Positions 1-10,490 of a stretch of DNA of 64,000 nucleotides are shown piece after piece (the stretch's first letter is position 1; every line of letters starts with the position of its first letter). A program made the translations under genes and the position numbers. The DNA is taken from the sequence record LR756508.1. One strand, 5' to 3'. The notes below the pieces were generated by a model. The model worked only from the letters and a program-made list of their open reading frames with translations, was not told where the DNA came from and did no database searches.

Positions 1-2
1 AC

Positions 3-599
3 CTTGAACTTAATAATTTTGAAGAAAAATACGTCAAGTCAAAGACGAGAAAACATTTAAAAAGAGACGTAGAAAAAGCAATTAAAGCCTCTAAATCTAA
101 TTCGAAGCTAAAAGATGAAAAAAGAGAAATAGAGACTTCAAGAATAGTATATTTTAAAGAGAAAAACAAAATACTCGAAGACCACAATTACATTGAGAGC
201 TTAACAATTCGACCGAATAACTTGTTAGACGGGTTTGAGCCTGCAGTAAAAGCTACAGGAAGCGACGTCAGTAAAATACGTCTTATGTTTAAACCAGTTT
301 CTATTCATTACTTCTTAAGTGAGTTTGAACACTGCTTAGGTCGTTTCGCTAAAGGAATAACTCTTTCCTGTGATTTAAAACGTCTTGTGGCCAGGCTTTT
401 GTGGGACAATCTTAAAGTTGAAAACTTTTTGTATAACACGCGATTCCATTCTAAAGTTTTTGATTCTGTGGATGACTTTTACTCCCGAAACACAACCCGT
501 GATCATAAAGACATTGAGGCGATGATAAGATTCCGTCCCCACTTAGATTCTGTTACCTATAACTTTTTTATATTTTACCAAAGTTACTTCACGAGTTAG
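3..599 (+). CDS. hypothetical protein, 5'-truncated by the window
   Basis: Frame of ORF 222..599 stays open back to position 3. Confidence 0.7.
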   Translation, partial: LELNNFEEKYVKSKTRKHLKRDVEKAIKASKSNSKLKDEKREIETSRIVYFKEKNKILEDHNYIESLTIRPNNLLDGFEPAVKATGSDVSKIRLMFKPVSIHYFLSEFEHCLGRFAKGITLSCDLKRLVARLLWDNLKVENFLYNTRFHSKVFDSVDDFYSRNTTRDHKDIEAMIRFRPHLDSVTYNFFIFYQSYFTS

Positions 600-764
600 T
601 AGTTTTTTAGAATTTAGAGGGATTTTCAATCTAAACCGAAAAAACAAAAACATAATCCTTTCTTCAAAAAATCTTTGTTTTTCGAAAATATGACTGTGGA
701 ACAGAGAATTGTCGGAATTGTTTAAGTGGTGCATTTTATTTGAACGGACCAGCATTCCACTACT

Positions 765-1847
765 ATGCCCGATCTTAAAGATCCAACCACGAAAACTGTA
801 AATGGCGTTGATTTGACTCGCATGGATGACGTTGAGATTCCGGATGAAGTATACGAGCCTATGAAGACAGGCATTCCAGTCTTTGACGATTTTCTTTCTA
901 CGAAAGGTGGTGTTCCAAAAGCCACAATAAACGTGTGGGCGGGAGAACCTGGCGTAGGAAAGACCACTGTGGCCTGTAAGGCGCTCGCTAAAATCAATGG
1001 GGCCGAGAACCGCACTCTTTTCATCTCCTCTGAAATGGACCACGTCGATTTCAACGAGTATAGTAAGCGGTTCCCCGAGTTTGGAAAGTTTTACACGTTT
1101 TTTCCTAACTTGGAAAATAACATTCTTGACTCGCTTGAAGACCTAATCGAGCACGGTTTCGATATGATCCTGCTCGATTCTTTCCTTGACATTAAAGACA
1201 AGATTGCAGAGCAGGAGGGAATTACGAAAAAGAAAGCTGAGCTTTTTCTTGTGGATCTTCTGAAGAAAGCCAAGGGAGGAGTTGAAACAGGAAGCGAAAC
1301 GTATTATACGACGTGGATTGTGATCCAGCAAATGACAAAGGGGGGGGACATGGCTGGCTCGAAGTACCTGCAGCACGTAATTACATCGGACCTTCGACTT
1401 GTAAACGAAAATGAGCAGGAGGAGGTCCGTTACATGACTTTCAAGAAGAACCGTAGGGGGCAAGCGTTCGAGAAGCTTTACTACGAAATTGACGACGATG
1501 AAATCAACTTTGACATTGAACGTCGAGAACGGGAAAAGGAAGCTCTGGATTTCCTTGAGGAAGAAAAAGATCGAAAAGAGAATGAGGAGTTTGCCTCAAT
1601 CGAAGATCTTGAAAACGACCTCAATATGAACGTGGAGTCTGAAGGCTCCGTTGAAAGTGATGAAAGTGAAGGTAAAGAGGAAGAAGAGAGAGTTGAGGAG
1701 ATTCGTAAGCTATTTGTAGAAAACGATGGAAACCGCAGGGCAACTATGAGGGACGCTGTGCGTGGTGGACTCTGGAATGAAGAAGATTCTTATCACTACT
1801 TCCGCATCCTCTTAACGGAGAACGGTATGGACGACTACAGGCAATGA
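765..1847 (+). CDS. RadA/Sms-like RecA-superfamily ATPase with acidic C-terminal tail
   Basis: Walker A GEPGVGKT, Walker B ILLDS, QMTKGGDMAGSKYLQHV resembles RadA HVTKxGxIAGPxxLEH; no Zn finger or Lon domain seen. Confidence 0.75.
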   Translation: MPDLKDPTTKTVNGVDLTRMDDVEIPDEVYEPMKTGIPVFDDFLSTKGGVPKATINVWAGEPGVGKTTVACKALAKINGAENRTLFISSEMDHVDFNEYSKRFPEFGKFYTFFPNLENNILDSLEDLIEHGFDMILLDSFLDIKDKIAEQEGITKKKAELFLVDLLKKAKGGVETGSETYYTTWIVIQQMTKGGDMAGSKYLQHVITSDLRLVNENEQEEVRYMTFKKNRRGQAFEKLYYEIDDDEINFDIERREREKEALDFLEEEKDRKENEEFASIEDLENDLNMNVESEGSVESDESEGKEEEERVEEIRKLFVENDGNRRATMRDAVRGGLWNEEDSYHYFRILLTENGMDDYRQ

Positions 1848-2122
1848 AATTAAAGAAGACTTTGATTGAGTAACATATGTTGAATTGTATCTACAATAGG
1901 TAATTTCATTAAAAATGAGAGCACAAAGTGGGAGTTACACTTACTAAAAAAGAAATCTTTTACCTCCAGCAATTTGGAATTGAATTTGTAAGCTTAGGTT
2001 GGACTTTTTCCAAGAAGAAGAGTTTGGTCCGTAATTACTACATTTCCTCACTGCCTTGCATGCTCAAAAGCTCAATGTAGGTGGGTTAAAAGAGCATTGG
2101 TTAAACGGTAAAATTAGCCGAG

Positions 2123-2716
2123 ATGAGAAACTTGGATGTCACTTTCACCATTGATGAAAAAAACTACGTTCGGAAAAATGTAGCTAAAAAATCTCATCAA
2201 ATATACAACAAAGCATTGAGAAAAATAAAAGAACAGGGTAACTATGATCTAAAAGATAATATTTGTTTTGAATCTAAGTTTCGTGGGGGTTTTAATAAGG
2301 CTAATAGGGAAAATACATTCTCAAGCTTGAAAATCTCATTTCCTGATTTTGAAACCTACGAAGCCGACAAAAAAATTAAAAACTTGGAGGGGGCGAATAG
2401 GGTTGTCTTGAAGTCCGAAAAGATATCACTTCTCCATCTTTTTCATCAGGAAGCTCCAACTCTAAGCAAAGTGATTCACGAAGATAACAAATTTTTAGAA
2501 AACCTACTGACTGCAAGATCTACCGAGCATCTTACATCCAAACTCTTTAAACATTACTTTTCGCATCATAGTCAGTTCAAAGAGAAGTGTGCAAGCAGGC
2601 TTAATGAGATTTTAATGGGGAATGGAATTCAAGTGGGGATGTGGAAATGTGAATTCTGGACCATCAATACGACAAATATGCAAGCAGGGTTTTCGTTTGG
2701 AATGATGAAAACGTGA
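2123..2716 (+). CDS. hypothetical protein
   Basis: 197-aa ORF. Confidence 0.65.
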   Translation: MRNLDVTFTIDEKNYVRKNVAKKSHQIYNKALRKIKEQGNYDLKDNICFESKFRGGFNKANRENTFSSLKISFPDFETYEADKKIKNLEGANRVVLKSEKISLLHLFHQEAPTLSKVIHEDNKFLENLLTARSTEHLTSKLFKHYFSHHSQFKEKCASRLNEILMGNGIQVGMWKCEFWTINTTNMQAGFSFGMMKT

Positions 2717-2811
2717 CATAAGAGCAGTTTTCGAGCTCTGGTATTGTGTTTGTGATATAAAAAAGTGCGAATCGAGTTGAATTTTTTGAATCAAACTATT
2801 AATTTAAAAAC

Positions 2812-4743
2812 ATGGGCAAGACAATTGGAATTGACCTAGGAACTACGAACTCTGTTGTTTCTGTAATGGAAGGCGAGGAACCTGAGGTTATTGAAAATGA
2901 GGAAGGGTCTCGAACTACGCCGTCAGTCGTAGCATACAAAGACGACGGCGAGCGGCTTGTCGGCGACCCCGCTAAGCGACAAGCTATTACAAACCCTGAG
3001 AAGACAGTTTCTTCTATCAAACGCTTCATGGGAAGAGAGTATAATGAAGTGGATGAAGAAAGGGGTGAAGTGTCTTATGAAGTTGTGAAGGATGGCAATG
3101 GAATGGCGCGAGTAGAGGTAGATGGCGAACAGTATGCGCCGCAAGAAATTTCAAGTATGATCCTCCAGAAACTTAAGAAAACCGCCGAAGACCATCTCGG
3201 GCAGGAGGTCACGGATGCCGTAATTACCGTTCCTGCCTACTTTAACGAGGCCCAACGGAAAGCAACCAAAGAAGCAGGAGAAATTGCTGGTCTTAACGTA
3301 GAGCGAATCATAAACGAGCCGACCGCAGCTTCCCTAGCTTATGGTCTTGACGATAAGTCTGATCAAGTGGTTGCTGTATACGACTTAGGTGGTGGAACCT
3401 TTGACGTGTCAATCCTTGAGTTGGGCGACGACGTTTACGAGGTTCTCGCTACCTATGGCGATACTCAACTCGGGGGTGACAACTTTGATCAAGAGCTTAT
3501 TAATCACATGGCCGACGAGTTTGAAGCTAAGCACGGAATTGATCTTCAAGACGATCCTATGGCCCTGCAGCGGCTCCGAGAAGCCGCAGAGCAAGCAAAG
3601 ATCGAGCTTTCCAGCACCAAAACGACGAACGTCAATCTTCCATTTATCACGGCTACCGACAATGGTCCCGTTCATTTGGACATTGATATCACGAGAGCGG
3701 AGTTCGAAAATATGATCGGTGGCCTCGTAGAGGAGACCATTCCTCAGATGGAGAAAGCCATGAACGACGCCGAAGTTTCAAACTCCGACATTGATGAAGT
3801 AATTTTTGTTGGAGGCTCAACTAGAGTGCCTCTCGTTCAAGAGAAAGTTGAAGACTTTTTTGGGCAACAGGCAAATAAGTCCGTAAACCCTGATGAAGTT
3901 GTTTCTCTTGGAGCTGCTATTCAAGGAGGAGTTCTTTCTGGAGACGTTGATGACGTTCTTCTTTTGGATGTTACTCCTCTCGATCTTGGAATCGAAACTA
4001 TGGGTGGCGTGAAGACGACGCTTATTCCTGCCAACACTACTATTCCAACGCAGGAGACAGAAACATTTACTACCGCCGCAGATAACCAGCAGTCGGTGGA
4101 AGTTCACGTCCTGCAAGGAGATCGTGAAATGGCGAGAGACAACCGGACGTTAAGTAAGTTTCACCTGACTGGCATTCCTCCTGCTCCCCGAGGTACTCCG
4201 AAGATTGAGGTTTCGTTTGATATCGATGCCGATGGCATTCTCTCGGTAACGGCTGAAGACCAGGAGACTGGCAAAGAGCACTCAATTGAAGTCGAGGCTT
4301 CTAGTGGCTTGTCTGAAGATGAAATTGAAAAAATGAGGGAGGAAGCCGAGAAGCACGCCGAGGAAGACGAACGTCGAAAAGAGCGTGCCGATACGATCAA
4401 CGAAGCAACCTCACTTAGTTACAGCATTGGACAGGGACTTGATGAGTGGGGCGATCAAATCTCCGATGAAAAGAGGGAAGAAATCGAGTCTCTTAGAGAG
4501 GAGTTGGATGAAGCCCTTGAAACTGCCTCTGCAGATGAAGATATAAGTGAGGTCGAAAACACGATGGAAGACTTGCAGGAGGTCTACAAGTCCGTCGGTC
4601 AAGAAATCTATGGCCAGCAAGCCGCTGGTCAGCAGAGAGCTGCAGGGCCTCAAGCTGAAGCTGCTGGCCAAAGTGCCCAACAAGCAGGTCAAGAAGTAGA
4701 TGATGAAGACGTGACCGACGCCGACTATGAGGTAGTCGATTAA
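2812..4743 (+). CDS. dnaK: Hsp70 chaperone DnaK
   Basis: [37 protein letters not shown] motifs; full length. Confidence 0.98.
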   Translation: MGKTIGIDLGTTNSVVSVMEGEEPEVIENEEGSRTTPSVVAYKDDGERLVGDPAKRQAITNPEKTVSSIKRFMGREYNEVDEERGEVSYEVVKDGNGMARVEVDGEQYAPQEISSMILQKLKKTAEDHLGQEVTDAVITVPAYFNEAQRKATKEAGEIAGLNVERIINEPTAASLAYGLDDKSDQVVAVYDLGGGTFDVSILELGDDVYEVLATYGDTQLGGDNFDQELINHMADEFEAKHGIDLQDDPMALQRLREAAEQAKIELSSTKTTNVNLPFITATDNGPVHLDIDITRAEFENMIGGLVEETIPQMEKAMNDAEVSNSDIDEVIFVGGSTRVPLVQEKVEDFFGQQANKSVNPDEVVSLGAAIQGGVLSGDVDDVLLLDVTPLDLGIETMGGVKTTLIPANTTIPTQETETFTTAADNQQSVEVHVLQGDREMARDNRTLSKFHLTGIPPAPRGTPKIEVSFDIDADGILSVTAEDQETGKEHSIEVEASSGLSEDEIEKMREEAEKHAEEDERRKERADTINEATSLSYSIGQGLDEWGDQISDEKREEIESLREELDEALETASADEDISEVENTMEDLQEVYKSVGQEIYGQQAAGQQRAAGPQAEAAGQSAQQAGQEVDDEDVTDADYEVVD

Positions 4744-4768
4744 ACTTAGAACTGGCCGAGTGGGATTC

Positions 4769-4800
4769 AAGGTGGTGGGTTTCCACCACCTTTTTTGTTT
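4769..4800 (+). terminator. intrinsic terminator after dnaK
   Basis: AAGGTGGTGG-GTTT-CCACCACCTT hairpin followed by a T tract. Confidence 0.85.
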
Positions 4801-4822
4801 GGCTGTTCTTCAAAGATCAGAT

Positions 4823-4849
4823 GGAACTTCTTTATGCAGCGCTGGTTAA
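4823..4849 (+). promoter_or_regulatory. ECF-sigma-like promoter GGAAC-N17-GTTAA
   Basis: Same motif and spacing at four intergenic sites. Confidence 0.45.
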
Positions 4850-4903
4850 ATCTTTTAGAGCTAAAAATCTAATCTGCCGACATGTTAAAAGCAGCCTAAA
4901 TAA

Positions 4904-5296
4904 ATGATTTACCTCGACCTTTTCTTTCTTGTTGTTATACTGGGCCTTTCGTATAATGAGTTCTCAGAGAAACATCGTTCTCTGCCGACGAAGTTCTTCA
5001 TGTCTCTACTGGCCACGTCTCTGGTTGGAGCTATCTGGCTGGTAATCTTTTTGTTTTATCCTGTTGAAGTGTCCGAACAGAGACTTCCCTCAACAAAGTA
5101 TGAAGTTTTAAAGACAGACGATAAGGTTGTTTTTGCATTAAAAGAACGGGAGGAGCTCTTGTCTCAAAACGATTATTTTGTTTATCAAAATGCCAGAGAC
5201 ACTTCTCAGGTCTTTTTGAAAGAGGTAAAAGAGTATAACAGGTTTGGCGGAACTATTAAAAAAGAAGTGAAAGTTGAAACTGACAGATCTCAATAG
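4904..5296 (+). CDS. 2-TM membrane protein, paralog family copy 1
   Basis: Two hydrophobic helices, then YEV..VVF..YQNARDTSQV. Confidence 0.75.
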   Translation: MIYLDLFFLVVILGLSYNEFSEKHRSLPTKFFMSLLATSLVGAIWLVIFLFYPVEVSEQRLPSTKYEVLKTDDKVVFALKEREELLSQNDYFVYQNARDTSQVFLKEVKEYNRFGGTIKKEVKVETDRSQ

Positions 5297-5325
5297 TCAT
5301 ATCAAAATTATAAGATACTCGACCA

Positions 5326-5577
5326 GTGGACTTCGGCATATCAGGTAGTTCCGATCCTCGGCTTAGAGAAGATAAGTTCGAGGCGAATACAGAATACGAT
5401 GGGAAAATAAAAGAAATTGAAAAATCTTATGTATTTGAAAACATCGATGTCAAATTGGAAGAGAAGTTTGAACTGAATTGGATAGCCGAAAAGTCAAATG
5501 AGCCCTTCTGCGAACCCGAAGACCAAATTGAACTTTTTGTCCGAAAAATCAAACAGCTCATAAATGCTAATCATTGA
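5326..5577 (+). CDS. hypothetical protein
   Basis: 83-aa ORF filling the gap. Confidence 0.5.
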   Translation: MDFGISGSSDPRLREDKFEANTEYDGKIKEIEKSYVFENIDVKLEEKFELNWIAEKSNEPFCEPEDQIELFVRKIKQLINANH

Positions 5578-5950
5578 TCTAGTTTTCGGTTTCATCATCG
5601 TGGGCGCTACCTATATTATTTTTCAATTCGATAGTGAGAGCTTGTCTTTAAGATTTGGAGTAAGTCTCTTTTTCTCCTTTATCGCTCTACTTTTTTGGGC
5701 TCTCATCTCTGGAACCATCGCCGTTAAAGGTGAAAAAGAACGTGTTTCTAGGTCTCAATACGAAATTCATCGGAGCCATTCTAAAGTGTTCTTTTCTTTG
5801 GAAGGTAAGAGGGACCCCATAACGAGATCCGATCATTATATTTACGAAAACGCAGGAGACACAACAAAAGTCTACATCACCAGAGAAAGGGGGTGGAATA
5901 GGTTTGGATACTTAATTAAAGAAGACATAGATTTTCAAACCAAAAAATAA
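5564..5950 (+). CDS. 2-TM membrane protein, paralog family copy 2
   Basis: YEI..VFF..YENAGDTTKV. Confidence 0.75.
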   Translation: MLIIDLVFGFIIVGATYIIFQFDSESLSLRFGVSLFFSFIALLFWALISGTIAVKGEKERVSRSQYEIHRSHSKVFFSLEGKRDPITRSDHYIYENAGDTTKVYITRERGWNRFGYLIKEDIDFQTKK

Positions 5951-5954
5951 AAAC

Positions 5955-6365
5955 ATGAGTTCTATTCCTATAGCATACTGGCTCCTTGTTGGAATTATAC
6001 TCTTCGTCGCAATTTTCTTCCAATACAGAATCATGAAAACTGGTGGGAGCAAAATTAAGATATTCTTTAAACTCTTTTTTAATGTCGGCTGCGCTATTTT
6101 GGCTTTAATGCTTGCCGGATTAGCAACTGGAAAAACTGTAAATACCGAGAAGATTGATCCCGAAAGGTATGAGGTAGTTAAAAAGAAAGAGTACGTCATA
6201 TTTGCGTTTCCCGATGAATTTGAGAAGCGAAACAAAAAAAGAAGCTACTTCATCTGGAAGCACGCCGAAGACACGAGTAAAGTCTGGTTTGAGGTCTCAA
6301 CATTCAAACCAACATACGGAAGTAGTTTCAAGATGAGCAAAAGTTTGGAAACAACAAAAGAATGA
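5955..6365 (+). CDS. 2-TM membrane protein, paralog family copy 3
   Basis: YEV..VIF..WKHAEDTSKV. Confidence 0.75.
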   Translation: MSSIPIAYWLLVGIILFVAIFFQYRIMKTGGSKIKIFFKLFFNVGCAILALMLAGLATGKTVNTEKIDPERYEVVKKKEYVIFAFPDEFEKRNKKRSYFIWKHAEDTSKVWFEVSTFKPTYGSSFKMSKSLETTKE

Positions 6366-6366
6366 T

Positions 6367-6774
6367 ATGAACCAACTACTATTTTTCGGCATTAATGTAG
6401 GATTAGCGTTATTCGTAGGGTTTTTTATTTACTTTGTTCTCATTCCAGTCTTTAAAGATGATACTGGCCTTGGAGTGCTGATTTCTCTTTTCTTGTTAAT
6501 CCCCATGACTGTTTCCTATGCTCTTCACGTCGATGGAACGAAAGAGGTAAAAAGAAATCTGATTCCTAAAGAAAAGTATCAAGTCGCCCGAACCAGCGAG
6601 TCAGTCGTTTTTGTATTGGAGGGAGAAAAACCAATAAGGTCAAATCGTGCTTTCGTATATAATAACGCCAAAGACACATCTAAAGTGAAACTATACCGAA
6701 TTAAAAAAATCAACTGGTTTAACTCTGTGAGGAACGTAAACATTAAAATTGAAACAGTAGAATCAGACTCTTAA
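6367..6774 (+). CDS. 2-TM membrane protein, paralog family copy 4
   Basis: YQV..VVF..YNNAKDTSKV. Confidence 0.75.
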   Translation: MNQLLFFGINVGLALFVGFFIYFVLIPVFKDDTGLGVLISLFLLIPMTVSYALHVDGTKEVKRNLIPKEKYQVARTSESVVFVLEGEKPIRSNRAFVYNNAKDTSKVKLYRIKKINWFNSVRNVNIKIETVESDS

Positions 6775-6776
6775 AA

Positions 6777-7046
6777 ATGAAAGACTCCGATAAAGTCGAA
6801 GTTATTAAAACTTTGAGAAAAGAAATCAATAAGATCGATGAAGACATTATTGATCTTTTAGAGAGGCGGGTAGAAGTAGCTAAAAAAATAATAAAAAATA
6901 AAAGAAAACTAGGAAAATCTAAGCACTCACCTGATAGAGAAAATAAACTGCTTTCACATTTAACGGAATACTCTAACCTTCCTGAAAGATTTGTTCGGAA
7001 AGTCTATGATGAAATTCTCATTATGGTTAAAACTCTTGTTAAATGA
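6777..7046 (+). CDS. chorismate mutase type II (AroQ/CM_2)-like
   Basis: LRKEINKIDEDIIDLLERR..K..DRENKLL matches the AroQ pattern LR..ID.ID..I..LL..R..K..RE. Confidence 0.75.
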   Translation: MKDSDKVEVIKTLRKEINKIDEDIIDLLERRVEVAKKIIKNKRKLGKSKHSPDRENKLLSHLTEYSNLPERFVRKVYDEILIMVKTLVK

Positions 7047-7122
7047 CGGTACTCTTTAGGTAAAAGAAATTCTCTCCTCTCTTAATTAACTGATTGTTTT
7101 TCATAGTCATTCGTAAACTTTT

Positions 7123-7347
7123 ATGTCTAAAACAACCACTATTTCTCCCTCCAAAGATATCGAGATCGGTCAACTAGTAGAAATGACTGGTTTCTATCGC
7201 TACGATGGAGTTGAGTTTAAGCTCGGTGAACTCTGCAGGATTGTTCATGGAGAGAATAATGGAACGGAGACTCATCTCATGCGTCTCCATGATCAAGTGA
7301 CACTCTATGTGCCTGACAGCAAATTTCAAAAAAGAAATGGCTTTTAG
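7123..7347 (+). CDS. hypothetical protein
   Basis: 74-aa ORF. Confidence 0.6.
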   Translation: MSKTTTISPSKDIEIGQLVEMTGFYRYDGVEFKLGELCRIVHGENNGTETHLMRLHDQVTLYVPDSKFQKRNGF

Positions 7348-7535
7348 GTCCATAAAATATGGAATTATGACGGCTTAAAGTACATATGGTAGTTCACTAT
7401 TATCATTTCTATTAACTCTCTGAAAGCCATAATAATAGGGTTTGTAGCTTTTAGATAAAAGCTCTACGTCTTATCTAGAATTGTAGAATGTACTTGACCA
7501 ATTAAAGCTATTTCAAACTGCCTTCATACCTAAAC

Positions 7536-7562
7536 GGAACTTCTGTGGTTCATGTGCGTGAA
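7536..7562 (+). promoter_or_regulatory. ECF-sigma-like promoter GGAAC-N17-GTGAA
   Basis: CGGAAC-N16-CGTGAAAGA; same core as 27324. Confidence 0.55.
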
Positions 7563-7608
7563 AGAGATGGCTAAACGAGGTAAATCCTCACCAACCACAC
7601 ACAGAGCC

Positions 7609-9057
7609 ATGAGCCAGAATTTAAACTGGAGCAATTATCAAAAACGCATTTTTGACTGGATCGAGAATGGATCCGGTCACGCCATTGTGGACGCGAAGGC
7701 AGGCGCTGGTAAAACAACCACGCTTGTTGAAGCCGCAAACCGCATTAACGGTTCGGGGCTGTTTGTAGCGTTTAACAAGCACATTCAAAGGGAGCTTGAC
7801 GACAAGCTTTCGGACACGGAGTTCATCTGCAAGACCGTTCACTCCTGCGGATACGGCGCTCTCGCCTACGCTGGCCACGACCTAACTGTTGAAAAAGAAA
7901 AGTATAAAGACATTGTAGACGGTTTTACTGAAAACCTGAAGTTCGAAACGCACAAGAAAACGGCGAAAGCTCACCTCCGCAGGCTCGCCTCTCTTGTTCG
8001 GTTGAACCTGGTAAATCCCGACAACCTTGATGGAATCGCTCGCGTGGCCAATCACCACGGAATAGCAACTAAGGAGGTTTATCATTTAGTTCGACCCGTG
8101 ATTCGCAGAGGCACGAAGCTGGCTAAAGAGCAGGGGTTGATCGACTTTGATGATATGATCTACCTCCCTGTGATCTGGAACCTCAATTTCTACCGAAACG
8201 ATTGGGTTCTTGTCGATGAAGCGCAGGACCTTAACACCTGCGAACGAGAGGTCTGCTCACGGATGGTGAAAAGCGACGGACGGATGATTTTCGTTGGAGA
8301 CCCGAGGCAGGCCATTTATGGATTTGCGGGAGCCGATAGCGACTCGTTTGAGCGGATTAAAGAAGAGTTTGACTGCACCGAGCTTCCGCTTAACATTACG
8401 TATCGCTGCCCGAAAAGTCATGTCGAACACGCTCAGCGCCTCGTTCCTGAAATTGAGGCTCGCGAAGATGCGCCGGAAGGTGAAATTAAAGAAGGCTCGC
8501 TCTCGGAGCTTACCGATGTGGTTGAATCTGGCGACTACATCTTATGCCGTACGAACGCCCCTCTGATTAAAAATGCCATTCGGCTTGTGAAGGCAGGCAT
8601 TCAGGCTAACGTGGTAGGCCGCAATATTAAGGATCGCCTGCTCTCGATTGTAGATCAGGTTGGATTTTCCAACTTCATTGAGAACTTGAAAGATTACCAC
8701 CGCAAACGTACGGAGAAAGTTAAAGAAAACGACGGTGGCGGAGGAAAGCTAGAGATACTTAGAGACCAGTTCAATTGCATTCAAGCTGTTTACGAGGCAT
8801 TCGCTCCCGATACGAAAGGGCAGTTGAAAGCTGAAATTAAAGATCTTTTCGAAGACAGTGAGGATGCGGTGAAGCTAATGACAGTTCACAAAGCGAAGGG
8901 TCTTGGAAATGATCGCATTATCATTATTCGTCCCGACCTCATGCCCCTTGAATGGAGGGGGCAGAAAGACTGGGAGAAGGAGCAGGAGGAAAACGTTCAG
9001 TATATTTCTCGGAGTAGGAGTACCGATACACTTATTTACCTTTCAAAAAATATGTGA
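7609..9057 (+). CDS. UvrD/Rep-like SF1 helicase
   Basis: AKAGAGKTT, LVDEAQD, VGDPRQAIYGFAGA, YRCPK, TVHKAKGL; ORF track starts at 7552. Confidence 0.92.
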   Translation: MSQNLNWSNYQKRIFDWIENGSGHAIVDAKAGAGKTTTLVEAANRINGSGLFVAFNKHIQRELDDKLSDTEFICKTVHSCGYGALAYAGHDLTVEKEKYKDIVDGFTENLKFETHKKTAKAHLRRLASLVRLNLVNPDNLDGIARVANHHGIATKEVYHLVRPVIRRGTKLAKEQGLIDFDDMIYLPVIWNLNFYRNDWVLVDEAQDLNTCEREVCSRMVKSDGRMIFVGDPRQAIYGFAGADSDSFERIKEEFDCTELPLNITYRCPKSHVEHAQRLVPEIEAREDAPEGEIKEGSLSELTDVVESGDYILCRTNAPLIKNAIRLVKAGIQANVVGRNIKDRLLSIVDQVGFSNFIENLKDYHRKRTEKVKENDGGGGKLEILRDQFNCIQAVYEAFAPDTKGQLKAEIKDLFEDSEDAVKLMTVHKAKGLGNDRIIIIRPDLMPLEWRGQKDWEKEQEENVQYISRSRSTDTLIYLSKNM

Positions 9058-9081
9058 AAGAAATTGAAGTGAGTTAACTTT

Positions 9082-10167
9082 TTAATGGTTAGGGTTTAAA
9101 GGTTTTACATCTTTATGCTTCTCTATTCTTTCAAGTTTAATAGATCCCACAGTTTTTCTATCGCAATTAAATTTAGATCCAATCTCAGATTGACTTAAAT
9201 CTGTATTTTTTACGTACCATTTTATCTTTCTGACTTCCTCTTTACTTAGTAAACGTGTTTTTTTAAGGTCTGGAATTTCGTCTGGTTTAGAAGCATCTAC
9301 TTTTTTATGAATTTTGTCATCTCTAATTTCTCTCACAGTTTCATGACAGATATTAAACTCTTTTCCGATAGATTTTGAAGTAAATTTCGTATTTTGAGAA
9401 AGCCATTTAATTTTTGATACTTCTTTTTTTAAAAGGAAGTTGGTTTGTTTTTTACCTTCAGGAACATCATCGGGTTTTTTAGGTCTTAATTCTTTGTATT
9501 TTGAAGGATTTGAACTTATTTCTGAAACTGGACTTACTGAGAAATCATATTGAGCTGCAATTTTTTTCTGAGGAAGTTTTCTGTTATTTAAAAGCCATTT
9601 CACCTCAGATTTTTCACGTTTTGTAACGTGATAATCAGATTTTTTGATATCAGGAATATTATCTGGCTTTTCAGCTTCAATATGTGACCAGTTTCTCTCG
9701 GTTTTGATACAACTCAAAGTTTGTTCTGATACATTATAGTAGTCAGCTATTTTAGACTGATCAAAGCTTTTGTTTTGAATAAGCCATTTGATACATTTAA
9801 CTTCATCGTTCGTTAACTTACTGTGAGACCATTCATCTCCTTTTTTATCACAACCACCATGACAACTCTGGCTTAGATTGGATAAGTTCTCGAATATTTC
9901 GAGGTCTTGTAGGATAAATTCTTCTGCTTCTTTTGCGTCTTCAAGGGTTAGCTTATCCCATATTTTCCTTGGATACACCTTCCAGTCATTTCTCTGGCAT
10001 TTTTTAATAATATTGGTCTTGTGCGGATTACGTGTATTTTCGAGACTATATTTCGTAAAGTGTTTTCTCATCCTCCGGTCACTTCCTCTTCCAATATAAA
10101 AAACTTGTGGAATATGGTTGTTAGATGGTTTCTCGTGAAACAGTCCGTATATGTAACAGTCTGACAT
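9082..10167 (-). CDS. GIY-YIG homing endonuclease with four tandem HTH repeats
   Basis: YIYGL..FYIGRG..R..H N-terminus; four ~58-aa repeats (EV..IKW...N...Q..I...F.....V..I..KPD). Confidence 0.75.
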   Translation of the reverse strand: MSDCYIYGLFHEKPSNNHIPQVFYIGRGSDRRMRKHFTKYSLENTRNPHKTNIIKKCQRNDWKVYPRKIWDKLTLEDAKEAEEFILQDLEIFENLSNLSQSCHGGCDKKGDEWSHSKLTNDEVKCIKWLIQNKSFDQSKIADYYNVSEQTLSCIKTERNWSHIEAEKPDNIPDIKKSDYHVTKREKSEVKWLLNNRKLPQKKIAAQYDFSVSPVSEISSNPSKYKELRPKKPDDVPEGKKQTNFLLKKEVSKIKWLSQNTKFTSKSIGKEFNICHETVREIRDDKIHKKVDASKPDEIPDLKKTRLLSKEEVRKIKWYVKNTDLSQSEIGSKFNCDRKTVGSIKLERIEKHKDVKPLNPNH

Positions 10168-10298
10168 AATAGTGATAAATTTGTGATCATTTCTTTTAAG
10201 AAAATATGAATATAAATTTCAAAAACCCAAACTGCACACTGAATTCACACTCTACTTAAACTCGAAGTTTCTAACCAAAACAAAAAAGAGAAGTTTCC

Positions 10299-10487
10299 TT
10301 GTCTATGCTACTTTTTGAAGAGAAAGATCTGCTTGAGATTGTCCGGAACACACTAAAACAGTTTAATGACACCAATCTTGAGTCAGAAGCCGCCCGCGAA
10401 GTAATTGCCAGAAAGATTAAAGAGGGAGTAAAAGATACAAGCGGTGAAATTGATAATCAACAATTCTTTTCGGGTCACCAAAATTAA
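10299..10487 (+). CDS. hypothetical protein
   Basis: 62-aa ORF. Confidence 0.55.
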   Translation: MSMLLFEEKDLLEIVRNTLKQFNDTNLESEAAREVIARKIKEGVKDTSGEIDNQQFFSGHQN

Positions 10488-10490
10488 GAC

